A DNA stretch of 63,991 bases, filler included, from Ionaspis alba (lineage: Eukaryota), in assembly GCA_964255285.1 (NCBI GenBank). It is 11 parts of 11 records of this genome, joined end to end, with 100 filler letters (N's around TTAATTAATTAA, not from the genome) between each part and the next. Parts side by side here need not be neighbours in the genome. Positions count along the whole stretch, not along the records: positions 35,531 to 41,267 come from CAXUUL010000984.1; positions 41,368 to 47,088 come from CAXUUL010000985.1; positions 47,189 to 52,906 come from CAXUUL010000986.1; 8 more parts are not named here. The stretch is one strand, 5' to 3'. Shown piece by piece: positions 38,945 through 49,412 of this stretch (position 1 is its first letter; each line of letters begins with the position of its first letter). The notes below the pieces were generated by a model. That model saw only the letters and a program-made list of their open reading frames with translations. It did no database searches and was not told where the DNA came from. Position numbers and translations under genes: made by a program.

Positions 38945-40299
38945 TCCTGCAAGACCTCAAATGAATCTTACAGTCACAACTGGCTCGTACTTTGAAGTAA
39001 CAGAGCAGCGCAGTTGTGTGTATTTCTATTCTGAGCTGGACAGGACAAGCTGACGATGGCAAAGAGGCCGTTGCGTGAATTGCACAGCGTTGTGAAGAGA
39101 GGAGAGAAGGACAGTTTACTGGTGGGAGCGAGGGAGAAAATTCGAGATGGTGGGAGGGGCAGAGTGGCAGCAATAAATTTTTGCAGGCTGCTGATCACCC
39201 CCCCCATAGCGCGCAGAACAGCCCATTCCGACCATGGAAAAAACGGAAATTCATTGACGAAACAGGCTTAGCTCTCTTCTCTTATCATTCCCGAACCTTC
39301 ACATGCGCTGTCCAGCCAATCAGAAGGTGCACACTACCCCACTTTTCAGATGCTCACTGACTGGACTGCAGCAAATACACTTTTATTCGATCTCGGGTCA
39401 GCTCCTCGACATTCCACTAGCGTCCATTGGTCTAAGACCGCTGCGAGTGACCATAAGAGTCTGACCTCGTCCATGATAAGGGAGATCGAGGATACCAGGA
39501 TTATACTGGCCGACGGTGATACTAACGCACTGCTGTTACGATGGATCGATGTCGGAAGTCGAGATCGGGAGTGCAATTTGGCCTCGACCGTTAGCTGAGC
39601 CGGTACTGATGCGGCTCCTGCAACGCTAATGCAGCTGCCCGTGCGTTAGCTTACAGATACCCGCTAAGCATATCGCAATACTCCATTGGAGTAACCAGCC
39701 AACGGTATTCGATCCCATTATACAACAACATGACAACGAGCACGAGGATGATGCAAATGTCTCACGAGATTTCCTGGCAATCGCTTGAGTGATTGTCTTA
39801 TTTCACGATTCTTGGAGAGCATTCGAAATTCATGACAGGGTTGGGGACCTAGGTAATTTCTGGACCTTTTCCCCTTTCCGTTCGTCACCCTGGAGCTCTG
39901 TGCATGCTTGATCAATCGCGTTCTTGACGGCGGTCAACCCGGGCTTCCAATAACACAATTATCAGCAGACAATCTGGAACGATGCAGTAGACGCTCCTGT
40001 GTTCGAGCAGCGTTGGGCCAAGGTGCGGTCGACAGTCAAGTAGACTTACTTGAGAACTCTATTCAAGCCCGAACTGCCGTATAGCTATGGATAAGCCTCG
40101 TTGTCGAGCCCGCTTCCCGACTTTATCTGGACAACGGCAATGACACAGGCCGCACCACTGAGACCGTCCATTCTGATATTGCGGTAGACGTCTTGGGAAT
40201 ATTGAATGTATCTAACAGCGACATTGTGGAGGCCCTCTCAGGGAGCGAACAAGGCACTCGACTTGTTTCGGCTCCTTTCTCTTCAAGACCTCAGAAATC

Positions 40300-41267
40300 A
40301 GCCAGGTCTATGAACTGTGTCGGACATACTACATCCAGGTGAAAGATGCAAGAAAAGACATTAAGCGACTCCGGGACGAGGTGACGGTCCTTCAGGACAT
40401 CTTGATCAGTGTGGCTGATCTGGCTGACAATGATGAAACTTGCCTCCGGTCGACTCTAGCTCCATTGAACAAGTCTGGAGGCATTTGCAGCAATGTCGTG
40501 CAGACTTATCAGCGTTGTTGATAAAGCTCGAATCATGGCTAGGGCACGAGAAGATGCGAAAATTCAGAATTAGAGCGATGAAGTGGCCTTGCGATAGCAA
40601 AGACGTTGATAAGTCGATCCTAGCCCTTGAGCAATACAGAGAAATCTTTACTCTTGCCCTAATCACTGATCATATGTTGGTTTTGGAACCCTGATACCGG
40701 TGGAAGGCACTCATAGGCATCAGCAATCTATCTCGTGCACTCAAAGGAGACATCGCCAGATTGAACGATGCAGTAGCATCCATTCAACTCTGGCTAAACA
40801 ATCGCCTCATCGATGAAACCCGTCAGCGATATGTCGCTGGCTGTCAGCTCCTAATCGCTCATCGAACCATCAAGCTGCCTGTGAAAAGCGACAGCCATGC
40901 ACAGGTGAATGGTTTGTTCGTGGTCACCAATTTGCCTCTGAAAATCTTGTTCAAAGTCAATTCTCTCGCTCTACGGGACTCGTAAGCCTAATGCATTGGA
41001 TACGATTGTGTCAAGCACTGACTGTGATCATTGGTCATAGCCGGATGTGGGAAGACTGTTCTTTGGTAGACACTTTAACTCCCCGGCATTAATTTAATGA
41101 CCCTCCTAACCATCAAACACAGTTCTAGTATCATCAGAGATGTAACATCTCATTGCAGATTCCCGCCTACATCAGCTTTAGTCTACTATTACTTCGATTT
41201 CAACGACAAAGCAAAGCAAAGATGTCGAAGCTTCATCCACTCGTCTTTAACACATTTACTCGTCCGG
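40300..41267 (+). pseudogene. Degenerate NLR-like gene: HeLo-like/SesA N-terminal domain + NACHT
   Basis: VKDARKDIKRLRDEV..LQQCRADL..RAMKWP; then CRWLSAP..NHQAACEKRQPCTGEWF; intron-split Walker A LYGT|PGCGKT; ALVYYYFDFND. At least three frameshifts and a TGA at an expected Trp. Confidence 0.8.
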
Positions 41268-41742
41268 NNNNNNNNNNNNNNNNNNNNNNNNNNNNNNNNN
41301 NNNNNNNNNNNTTAATTAATTAANNNNNNNNNNNNNNNNNNNNNNNNNNNNNNNNNNNNNNNNNNNNGGCAGAGCGGACGGGATGCCCAGTTTTCTTGAG
41401 TCTATGGTCGTATGTGATAGATAGTGCTCATATAGTAATTAATCAACGTTTTTGAGTTGAGCTCCACTCCTTGGTTAGCTCCAGGAGGGGTCTCCAATGA
41501 CGCAAGCCCAAAGCGGCACAGAATCAACAAACCTTGGCGACGGCTATTCAAGTTTCAGGAAGGAACTGCTAGTTTATTAGTTTCAAGCTCATTGTAATAG
41601 GCAACAGCAGGCTGTGCCACAACGATCCTTAACCTAACGTTCTCAACTGATGTTTATCTAATCTTTGTACTCTGCAAGTACTATACAATTTCATTTCTCC
41701 CCTAACTATCTGAACCACCATTATCCCTAGAAACCGGTCAGC

Positions 41743-42466
41743 ATGCCCCGCCTTGACGACAGCGGCGAAGCACTCCTCCACGCCGGCCAGGATGCCAGCA
41801 AACGCGCTCGAAAAGCCTGGGATGGCTTTGCGGACTTTGCCCTCCGTGACAATGTGCTAGAGGTAGCTGTTGGTTTGATGTAGGTCCTTCGATCATTCCA
41901 ATCCCTCCAATCATCACCTCTCCAAGGAACGCATTAATTGACCATCTGTCAGCCTTGCAGCAGCCTTCACGACCGTTGTCTCGTCTTTTGTCTCCGATGT
42001 TCTGCTACCGCCTATTTCCCTTCTACCCTTCCTCAGCAAGAACTTGGATCAGAAGTTTGCGGTTTTGAGAGGTGGACCGCTGTATGCAAAAGTGGGATAT
42101 AATACGTTGAAGCAGGCGTCGGATGATGGAGCCGTGGTGATGGCTTATGGGTAAGTGGTCTCCTAGAGAGGATTGGAGACGACGCGTTATTTGTTGATAC
42201 TAACGGACTCCAGGTCTTTCCTTGACAAAGTTCTCAACTTCCTCGGCGTTGGTATTGCGCTCTATATCATTGCCCGTGTCTATGGCTGGGCGTCGGATGA
42301 CTCGATCATCAAGGCTACGGTAAAGTGCAAGTACTGCAGAAAGAGGATTAGTGAGAAGGTAAGTTGGTATTATGGGTCCAGTAAGTCAGGAATAAGCTAA
42401 TGTATGGGTGACAAGGCCAAGCGATGTGTGAACTGTACGAGTTGGCAAGACGGGAGGGATGGATAA
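41743..42466 (+). CDS. MscL-like large-conductance mechanosensitive channel with C-terminal zinc ribbon
   Basis: Four exons read manually: WDGFADFALRDNVLEVAVGLI|LAAAFTTVVSSFVSDVLLPPI (MscL N-helix/TM1), MAYG|SFLDKVLNFLGVGIALYII (TM2), KCKYCRKRISEK|AKRCVNCTSW. Confidence 0.88.
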
Positions 42467-43035
42467 GGCACATTGTGCTACCGCAATAGGGTTCCTGAAT
42501 AAGGAACAAGGAAGAGAATATATTTCAGGATCGATATGCCCGACGAGTCTGGCCAGAGTACCACCACCATCACTGAAACGAGTGGTGCTGAATGAAAGGG
42601 ATTGAGGTCTTCGACTTGAGTATTATTTTACCGTGTCCACTACAGTCGATACACGTATCAAGGTTACAACAATAGCAAATTAAGTTTCGTCTAACTGACA
42701 TGTCAATAACGTGGCATTTTTAATTCTATACATGGAGCCGTGCGTAATAACAGTAAGGATGGTCACCCATGATTAATATTTTGAAGTTATGATGCACGAG
42801 AATTGAAACTAGAATGAATGGTGATACTCGTCTCACCCTAATTGAATCGACTATGAAAAGTTTCATCATATCCTACATCTCACGCCCATGCTCAGTACAT
42901 ATCCAAGGTAGCAAATGACAAAAGATATCATGGAGATAAATCCGAAACGTCGCTACGTAGGAAAGTAATGCCGTCCTTCGTTCCCAGTAATCCCACATCC
43001 ACCATTAAATTCACCTAAGTTCTCGCGATCAATGC

Positions 43036-43623
43036 TCACTTTTTCTTGGTCGGCGGCCTAGACTCAGCACTAATCGATTTCTTTCCTGAGGGCGGAGGAG
43101 CCTTGGCGGGTGCTGCTTTTGGCTTGGGTCCTCCGGGTGCTTTGTAACCAACTGGCTTGCTGCTCGGGACCGAAGCTTGAGGTTTCGCATTGTTGACACG
43201 TCCTACAGCACCAGTTGCTTTCGATTGTGCGCCACCTATGGCACCCTTGCCCAACGTAAGAGCATTTCCAGCAGGCGCCGTGCTAGGGGTCGGTTTCTTG
43301 GCTGCCGGCTTTGCAGTCACAGGTTTGGGTCCGGTGATAGCCCGCTTGCCGCCGGAGGACACATCACTGAGGCCAAGAGGGTTTGATGCCGTGCCTTCTC
43401 TAAGTCCAGGGGCTTTTGTCCAGTCTTTGATCGCGTTGCCATAATCCTTGGTACTGTTGCCGTAGTAACTGATTGTGCTGTCGATACTCCGTCCCACACC
43501 ATTAATTGTGTTTCCAACGCTACTAACAGCTCCGCCGGCAAATCCACCGGCAGTGGCAACCGTGCCGGACACAGCATTGGTGACGTAGTTGGAGATTGCT
43601 CCACTGATCCATTGAGTTGCCAT
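43036..43623 (-). CDS. Small Gly/Ala-rich amphipathic protein with Lys/Pro/Ala tail (ORF2)
   Basis: 195-aa ORF with strong start context ACAATGG and a conserved-looking core GGFAGGAVSSVGNTINGVGRSID..YG...KDYGNAIKDWT...NPLGL. Confidence 0.75.
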   Translation of the reverse strand: MATQWISGAISNYVTNAVSGTVATAGGFAGGAVSSVGNTINGVGRSIDSTISYYGNSTKDYGNAIKDWTKAPGLREGTASNPLGLSDVSSGGKRAITGPKPVTAKPAAKKPTPSTAPAGNALTLGKGAIGGAQSKATGAVGRVNNAKPQASVPSSKPVGYKAPGGPKPKAAPAKAPPPSGKKSISAESRPPTKKK

Positions 43624-43651
43624 TGTATTGGTTTTAGGGGCGACTCAGTGA

Positions 43652-44011
43652 TCAAGCTTTGGGAGCTGCAGGAACCTTAGGTTTAGGGGCTGAAGTGGGC
43701 TTGGGAGTGTTGAGCTTGGGAGCTGGCTTTTTTGCTGCGGCGGGAGTAGCTTTGTCGGCTGCCTTCGTTGCAGGTTTGGCACTGGAAGCTTCTGGCTCGT
43801 CGTCTGGAAGCTCTATAACCTTGGGTGCGGCTCTGAGTTTGGGTGCAGGTCGAGGATTGGTTTTGGTTGGGGCGGGGAGTTCCTTTGGTGGGAGCTTTGG
43901 AGCTGTCCTTGTCTTCCAGGCAGGCTTGACTTTGGGAGCTCCTTGGGATCGGGTTGCAGTGACGTTGATAAAGTCTTGGTCGAAGAAAATGTCAAAATTG
44001 ATGTTAGGCAT
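43652..44011 (-). CDS. Small Lys/Pro/Ala-rich protein (ORF1)
   Basis: 119-aa ORF: MPNINFDIFFDQDFINVTA followed by repeated APKL/KPAPK motifs; preceded by a CT-rich promoter-like tract at about 44060-44105. Confidence 0.6.
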   Translation of the reverse strand: MPNINFDIFFDQDFINVTATRSQGAPKVKPAWKTRTAPKLPPKELPAPTKTNPRPAPKLRAAPKVIELPDDEPEASSAKPATKAADKATPAAAKKPAPKLNTPKPTSAPKPKVPAAPKA

Positions 44012-44549
44012 TTGGAAGAGCTGTGTGCATGAGGATGTACTCGTGTATAGATTGTTACTTAGGGAAAGAGAAGTGAGAGGTTGAGAGAAAAGTGGCGGAG
44101 GGAAGAGCTAATAAGGCAATTAGGCGCGTGTCCGACGTCATAGCGTAGTGCTGCTCTCTCTGCTGCCAACTTTTCGCAAAGCAAGGAAAGCCGTCTGTGG
44201 CGCAAGAGTCGGAGGCAACCTCTAAACTCGATACGTCAAATTCTGCAATCCGGCAACCTACAGAAACGCATCATGATCGACCATTGGCTCGCGTCACCTC
44301 CGAGCGACGATCGATGTCTTCATTTGTGATGAGAATTCCCAGGATATCAGCTCCACAGCCATTACAGCGGACCCCTATCGTGTATCATCCCTCCCGACCT
44401 TTCTAGCTTTATGACGAATTGAGCTTCTACCACTTCATGTCTTGCAAACACCGAAAGTTGTCATAATCTCATTTTTTGAGCGTAGACCATGAGCTTTTTG
44501 TGTACTTCAAATTCTGAGAAATTTCTTGCCTGAAGGCTGAGACACAGTC

Positions 44550-46542
44550 ATGGATGCCATAACGAAGTACCGGCCAGACCTTGGTGCTGGCATTTATTTC
44601 TTGTCTGGTTGTATGGCGTAAGAACTTCCACCCTGTGCTCTTTAGTATCATGAATGTCGAAACCTGACAGTTCTATGACTTCTACAGAATCAATGCATCA
44701 CAATTTATCGGAACCCCGTTATATCTCCTCAATAGCGACTGGTACAACGCATGGATAGCTTTCACGAAGCAGTCGTTTGGTCTCTTGACTACGACTATGA
44801 CACAATTCTGGGCTCCCACTCTTGTCCGAGTCAGTGGAGACAGCAGTGTTCGTGGACAGCTATTGCAGAAAGCAAATGGAGACTTGTTCTGCAATTTTCC
44901 ACAAAGGACCGTCCTGATCGCGAACCACCAAGTACGTCGGGACCAGTTATAACAAGGACCATACGCTGATGACATGGATATAGATCTACACCGATTGGCT
45001 GTATATGTGGTGGATAGGGTACACTGCGGGCATGCATGGCCATTTCTATATCATCCTGAAAGAGTCCTTGAAACGCATCCCAGTCATCGGGTGGGGCATG
45101 CAATTCTCTAAATTCATATTTCTGAAGCGAAATTGGGAGAAGGACAAAGCAAACTTGCAACAGCACATGCAAAAGCTTAATGTTCCAGGCGACCCGATGT
45201 GGTTATTGCTATTTCCCGAAGGTACAAATCTTGCTCCCAGTACCCGAGAATCTAGTGCGAAGTGGGCAGAAAAGAATGGCCTGCAAGATATGAAACATCA
45301 ACTGCTGCCACGAAGTACCGGCCTTCGATTCATTTTGCAGGAGCTGAGGACGACAGTGAAATATGTCTACGATTGCACTATTGCCTACGAAGGCGTACGG
45401 TACGCAACAATCTATCATTTCCAGCAAGGATGGTCATACTGACTTTACTTAGCCATGGAGAATACGCCCAGGACATCTTCACTTTACAGACAATGTACGT
45501 CGATGGCAGTCCACCGAAGTCCGTCAACATGTTCTGGAGGCGATTTGCCATTTCCAAGATACCCTTAGATGACCCTCAACAATTCGAGCTCTGGCTTCGA
45601 GCTCGGTGGGCTGAGAAAGACAGGATTCTTGACCGTTACCTACGGACAGGACGGTTTCCGGCCGATGATGGTGTGACGGTGACACCACAAGGAAAGACCC
45701 TGCGCGGAGCGGGATACATTGAGACTGAGATCAAAGCTTCTCGCTGGTACGAATTTCTACAAGTCTTTGCTCCCATCGGTCTCTTTGCTCTGGTGCTGTA
45801 CATGTTCTACGGTGCCCTCCCCAAAAATCTCGTTAAAAATATCAATGACAAGGGCATCATCAACACGGCCCAAAGCATTCCTGGCTTTAGGGTCTCAGGC
45901 CGGGAGCAGCAGATGATCAAGAATGCTGCCAGTAATGCAACCCCTAAAGCACTGTACAAGGCTGTCACTACGAGAGACCCAGCACATCTGACTGGCACGG
46001 TCCAGAAGACTCCCTTCAAACCTATGACCGGCCAGAAAGTTATACTCCGTGGAGCACCAGCTCGGCAAGCTCATGCTGAGATAGCTCAAAAGCAGAAACA
46101 GCTGAAGACGACGAAACAACAAGCCTTTGCTGCACCCAAGAAAGCTGCCCCTATCCCCGTGGCTAAAGCTATACCGAAAAAGGTTGCCACGAAGCCGGCG
46201 GTAAAACCTGCTCCAAAGAAGCTGGAGATCAGAGATACGGCTAGTATCACATCGTCTAGTCAAGGGAGCAAAGTCTCGGCGTCCACGGCGCCGACGCAGA
46301 TAAGTAAGGCTTCCACAAACCCAGCGCCGAAGAATCCGACAGCAGCGAAAGCTCAACAGGCTGCAGCTCCCAAGAAGCCGGCGGTAAAGGCGGCCAATGG
46401 CGCCGCAGCAAAGAAACCGAATGCGGTCTCCGCTACGAAACCGGCCGCGCAACCAAAGCAAGTACCGGGGAATCTCAAGCCTACTGTGCAGAAAGCAGCA
46501 GCCAAGCCGGCAGCGACGAAGAAATTGGAGGTGAAAAGTTGA
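44550..46542 (+). CDS. PlsC-family lysophospholipid acyltransferase (Cst26/LCLAT1-like) with long Lys/Pro/Ala-rich C-terminal extension
   Basis: Catalytic ANHQ|IYTDW (HX4D), LKESLKRIPVIGWGMQF, FPEGT, LLPRSTGL, VYDCTIAY; three introns. Confidence 0.9.
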
Positions 46543-47585
46543 CCGAAGTTTGAATCACGTGAACGGCGATGATATGAGCGATTTTAATACCATTATCTTG
46601 TACCATCATTGTATATTGTTGTATACTATTCAGATTATCCAATACCCCTTTTTCTAGCAAAGACTTTTAAATTCAAGCTCCATGGAGACCTTTGTACCCA
46701 CCCTGATATAATTATCATTATATTCGTTAAACCCATCAAGTGCTGAAACACATTCCTGTTCTTGATCCATCCCTTCAATACACGCAAGATGTTCTCCCTT
46801 TTGGTGTCCCACGGCCTCGTTTATGCTGTAGTCCAATCCCGCGATTCGGAAGACTTCTTTCACATCGAACCTGCTCCCTCCCTTCACCATTACCACAAAC
46901 GACGCTTTTTCGAATTTTTCTCACCCCCAACACTAGCATTGCGTCTTTGACGGCAAGTCTCGACTCTCATCATTCGACAAGAAGCCTCTCTCATGCCCAG
47001 CTGCGCCCCTACCATTGCCCTCATCGAAAAGGGAACTCCAATTTCTCAAACCCGAGGATGACTTGCATGAACATGCCGGCGCCAATGTNNNNNNNNNNNN
47101 NNNNNNNNNNNNNNNNNNNNNNNNNNNNNNNNTTAATTAATTAANNNNNNNNNNNNNNNNNNNNNNNNNNNNNNNNNNNNNNNNNNNNTGCATCTTCCTT
47201 GCTCGCCCTGACCCGGCGCTGCAGAACATCTGTCAAAGCCATCCTACATTGAATGATTACTCCGACTTTCGTGGCCCAAAAACCTTTGAGATGGTTGCGG
47301 CGAGATTTAAGCCTGTGCATGCAGGGACATGCGGCGCTAAGATAACTTAATATTTAAACGCTGCGATTAAGATATTGAGTCATGTTTAAGATTGGTTCTA
47401 TGTCGTTGGTAAATGCATGCTCTCTCTGTCTTCTTTCCGACGGACTCTTCAGGAAAGATCCAGGACTTCAAACCTCGTTCTTTACTCCTCTCTTGTGTCA
47501 GCCTCCATACTAAAGCATGCGAAGAGCATCTTCGAAATCACTCAGGTAATTAAGAAACTTCGAAATCTAAAGTATTACAACTAAG

Positions 47586-49412
47586 ATGACATCTGGTCAG
47601 GCTCACTCGGTACGGAATGCCCGCATTACGGCCTTGAAGATCAGTATACAGCAGAGGAGGAAGAAGCTCAATATGGATCCGGTGGCCTTCAGCAGACTGA
47701 GTCTGGCTCCAACCAAGCCCAAATCAAGAGCTGTGTCACAAACCTCAATCACTAGAGCTGAAGACGAAGTGGTCTTCAAGCCTGAGAAACGGGCGAGACA
47801 ACGACGCAATGGTAGGCAGAAGGCTTCTGAAGTGCGACAGCCTTCAGATCGAAAGCCACTGGAAGGGCAGAACAATGTGTCCACTACGCAACAAGACAAT
47901 TCTCTACCTTCAGCCAGGATCAAGACTGTCCCCAAACACGGAAGCAGGACCGAGCAAGAGATACCAGCTCATAAAGGAACAAAGGCTCTCGAGGCAGTCC
48001 TACAAACGATCGAAACCATGAAGACCTCAACTGCGCCGGCCACGGGGACCACATATTCCGCTATACAACCTGTTCGTGATTCACGCCTTAGTGCAAAAGC
48101 TCCCCCATACAAACCGCTCGATGTATCTCCACTTGGAAGCAGGCCTCCAGCCGTCAAGGTACCGAATCAAAGCTTCGTCCCTCATGAGACCCTGCGGTTA
48201 GTGCCAGTTTTCCGTACATTGCCACCATGGCGCATTGACAAAATCTATAGGTTTGCATCAACAGTGAGCCTAAAGCAGACCATTGTTGCACAAAGCGGAC
48301 AACACCCACAAAGCAAAGAACGCGTACACAGCGAAAAGTGCCCACAAAGTGAACAATACCCTGAAAGCGAACAATGCCCACAAAGTAAACAATGTAAACA
48401 AAGCTTTGCAGCACAGAATTCAGTGGTTCCGCAGCCAAAAGGACGATGGACAGGTTCACCACCGTCTTCGATACAAAGGACCGACCTCAGGCCGCAGGAC
48501 CAACCCGTAGGGTATAAAATGCGTTCCTTACCCCTCGGATTCCTTCAACACCTTCATTCTCATCAGAATTTGCAGAGCAATTCAACATTGAGAACCCCCA
48601 AGCAGCACTCAAAAGCCAGAAGTAAGCAGTGGAAATCAACAGCCAAAAGAATGGAGCCCTTCCCAAGCAAAGAGTACATCGCTCAGGCTTCCGCGGTGCC
48701 AATTCGTCTCCCCAACACCCAGCCTCTGCTCATCGTGCTAGACCTCAACGGCACACTCTTGGAGCGCAGCGACGCTGGAAAGACTATTCACGAGCGCCCC
48801 TGGCTGAAGCACTTCCTAAACTACTGCTTGGTCAACCATACCGTCCTCATCTGGTCCTCCGCCAGAGCCTCGAACGTCGACCTGATGTGCACGACCATCT
48901 TCAAGGACATTCCCAACATGCGCAAACGTGTCATCGCAGAATGGTCCCGTGAAACCCTCGTCGAGATCACGCACAGAGACTACGACCGCAAGGCCAAGGT
49001 CTTCAAGGTGCTGACTGATGTCTGGGACAACACCACCATCCAGTCACGCACTCCGTATCCAGAGACCGCTCCCTGGTCCCAAGCCAACACTATCCTCGTC
49101 GACGACACCAAGGGCAAGGCCCAGGCGCAGCCGTGGAACCATATCCTCATACCTACGTATGAGGAGAAGGACAGGCAGCACGAGAAGGAGACGAGACAGG
49201 GACTCGGACAGGTGCTGGCGTACATCGAGGAGGCGAGCTGGTATTCGGACGTTTCGGCTTTCATGAAGTGGAAGCCGTTTGTTGCTGACAGTGCCTGGGC
49301 TTGGGATTGGCAGAGTGCGCATCCCCTGAGGAAGGATAGTGAGGATGACAGTGTCTGGCCTTGGAATTGGCAGCATCCGCTTTCCCCGAGGAAGGATAGT
49401 GAGAAGGAATGA
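47586..49412 (+). CDS. NIF/FCP1-like HAD phosphatase-domain protein
   Basis: LIVLDLNGTLL, ERPWLKHFL, VLIWSSA and NTILVDD motifs, behind a long disordered N-terminus. Confidence 0.85.
   Translation: MTSGQAHSVRNARITALKISIQQRRKKLNMDPVAFSRLSLAPTKPKSRAVSQTSITRAEDEVVFKPEKRARQRRNGRQKASEVRQPSDRKPLEGQNNVSTTQQDNSLPSARIKTVPKHGSRTEQEIPAHKGTKALEAVLQTIETMKTSTAPATGTTYSAIQPVRDSRLSAKAPPYKPLDVSPLGSRPPAVKVPNQSFVPHETLRLVPVFRTLPPWRIDKIYRFASTVSLKQTIVAQSGQHPQSKERVHSEKCPQSEQYPESEQCPQSKQCKQSFAAQNSVVPQPKGRWTGSPPSSIQRTDLRPQDQPVGYKMRSLPLGFLQHLHSHQNLQSNSTLRTPKQHSKARSKQWKSTAKRMEPFPSKEYIAQASAVPIRLPNTQPLLIVLDLNGTLLERSDAGKTIHERPWLKHFLNYCLVNHTVLIWSSARASNVDLMCTTIFKDIPNMRKRVIAEWSRETLVEITHRDYDRKAKVFKVLTDVWDNTTIQSRTPYPETAPWSQANTILVDDTKGKAQAQPWNHILIPTYEEKDRQHEKETRQGLGQVLAYIEEASWYSDVSAFMKWKPFVADSAWAWDWQSAHPLRKDSEDDSVWPWNWQHPLSPRKDSEKE
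48290..48404 (+). repeat. Degenerate 18-bp coding tandem repeat (QSxQxP-like hexapeptide, about 6 units)
   Basis: QSGQHP QSKERV HSEKCP QSEQYP ESEQCP QSKQCK within the NIF phosphatase ORF. Confidence 0.7.

Noticed and set aside
37238..42466. Apparent cluster of MFS, NACHT and MscL genes
   Set aside because: MscL lies across a spacer. No biosynthetic core gene is present, and there is no functional link between the MFS gene and the NACHT relic.
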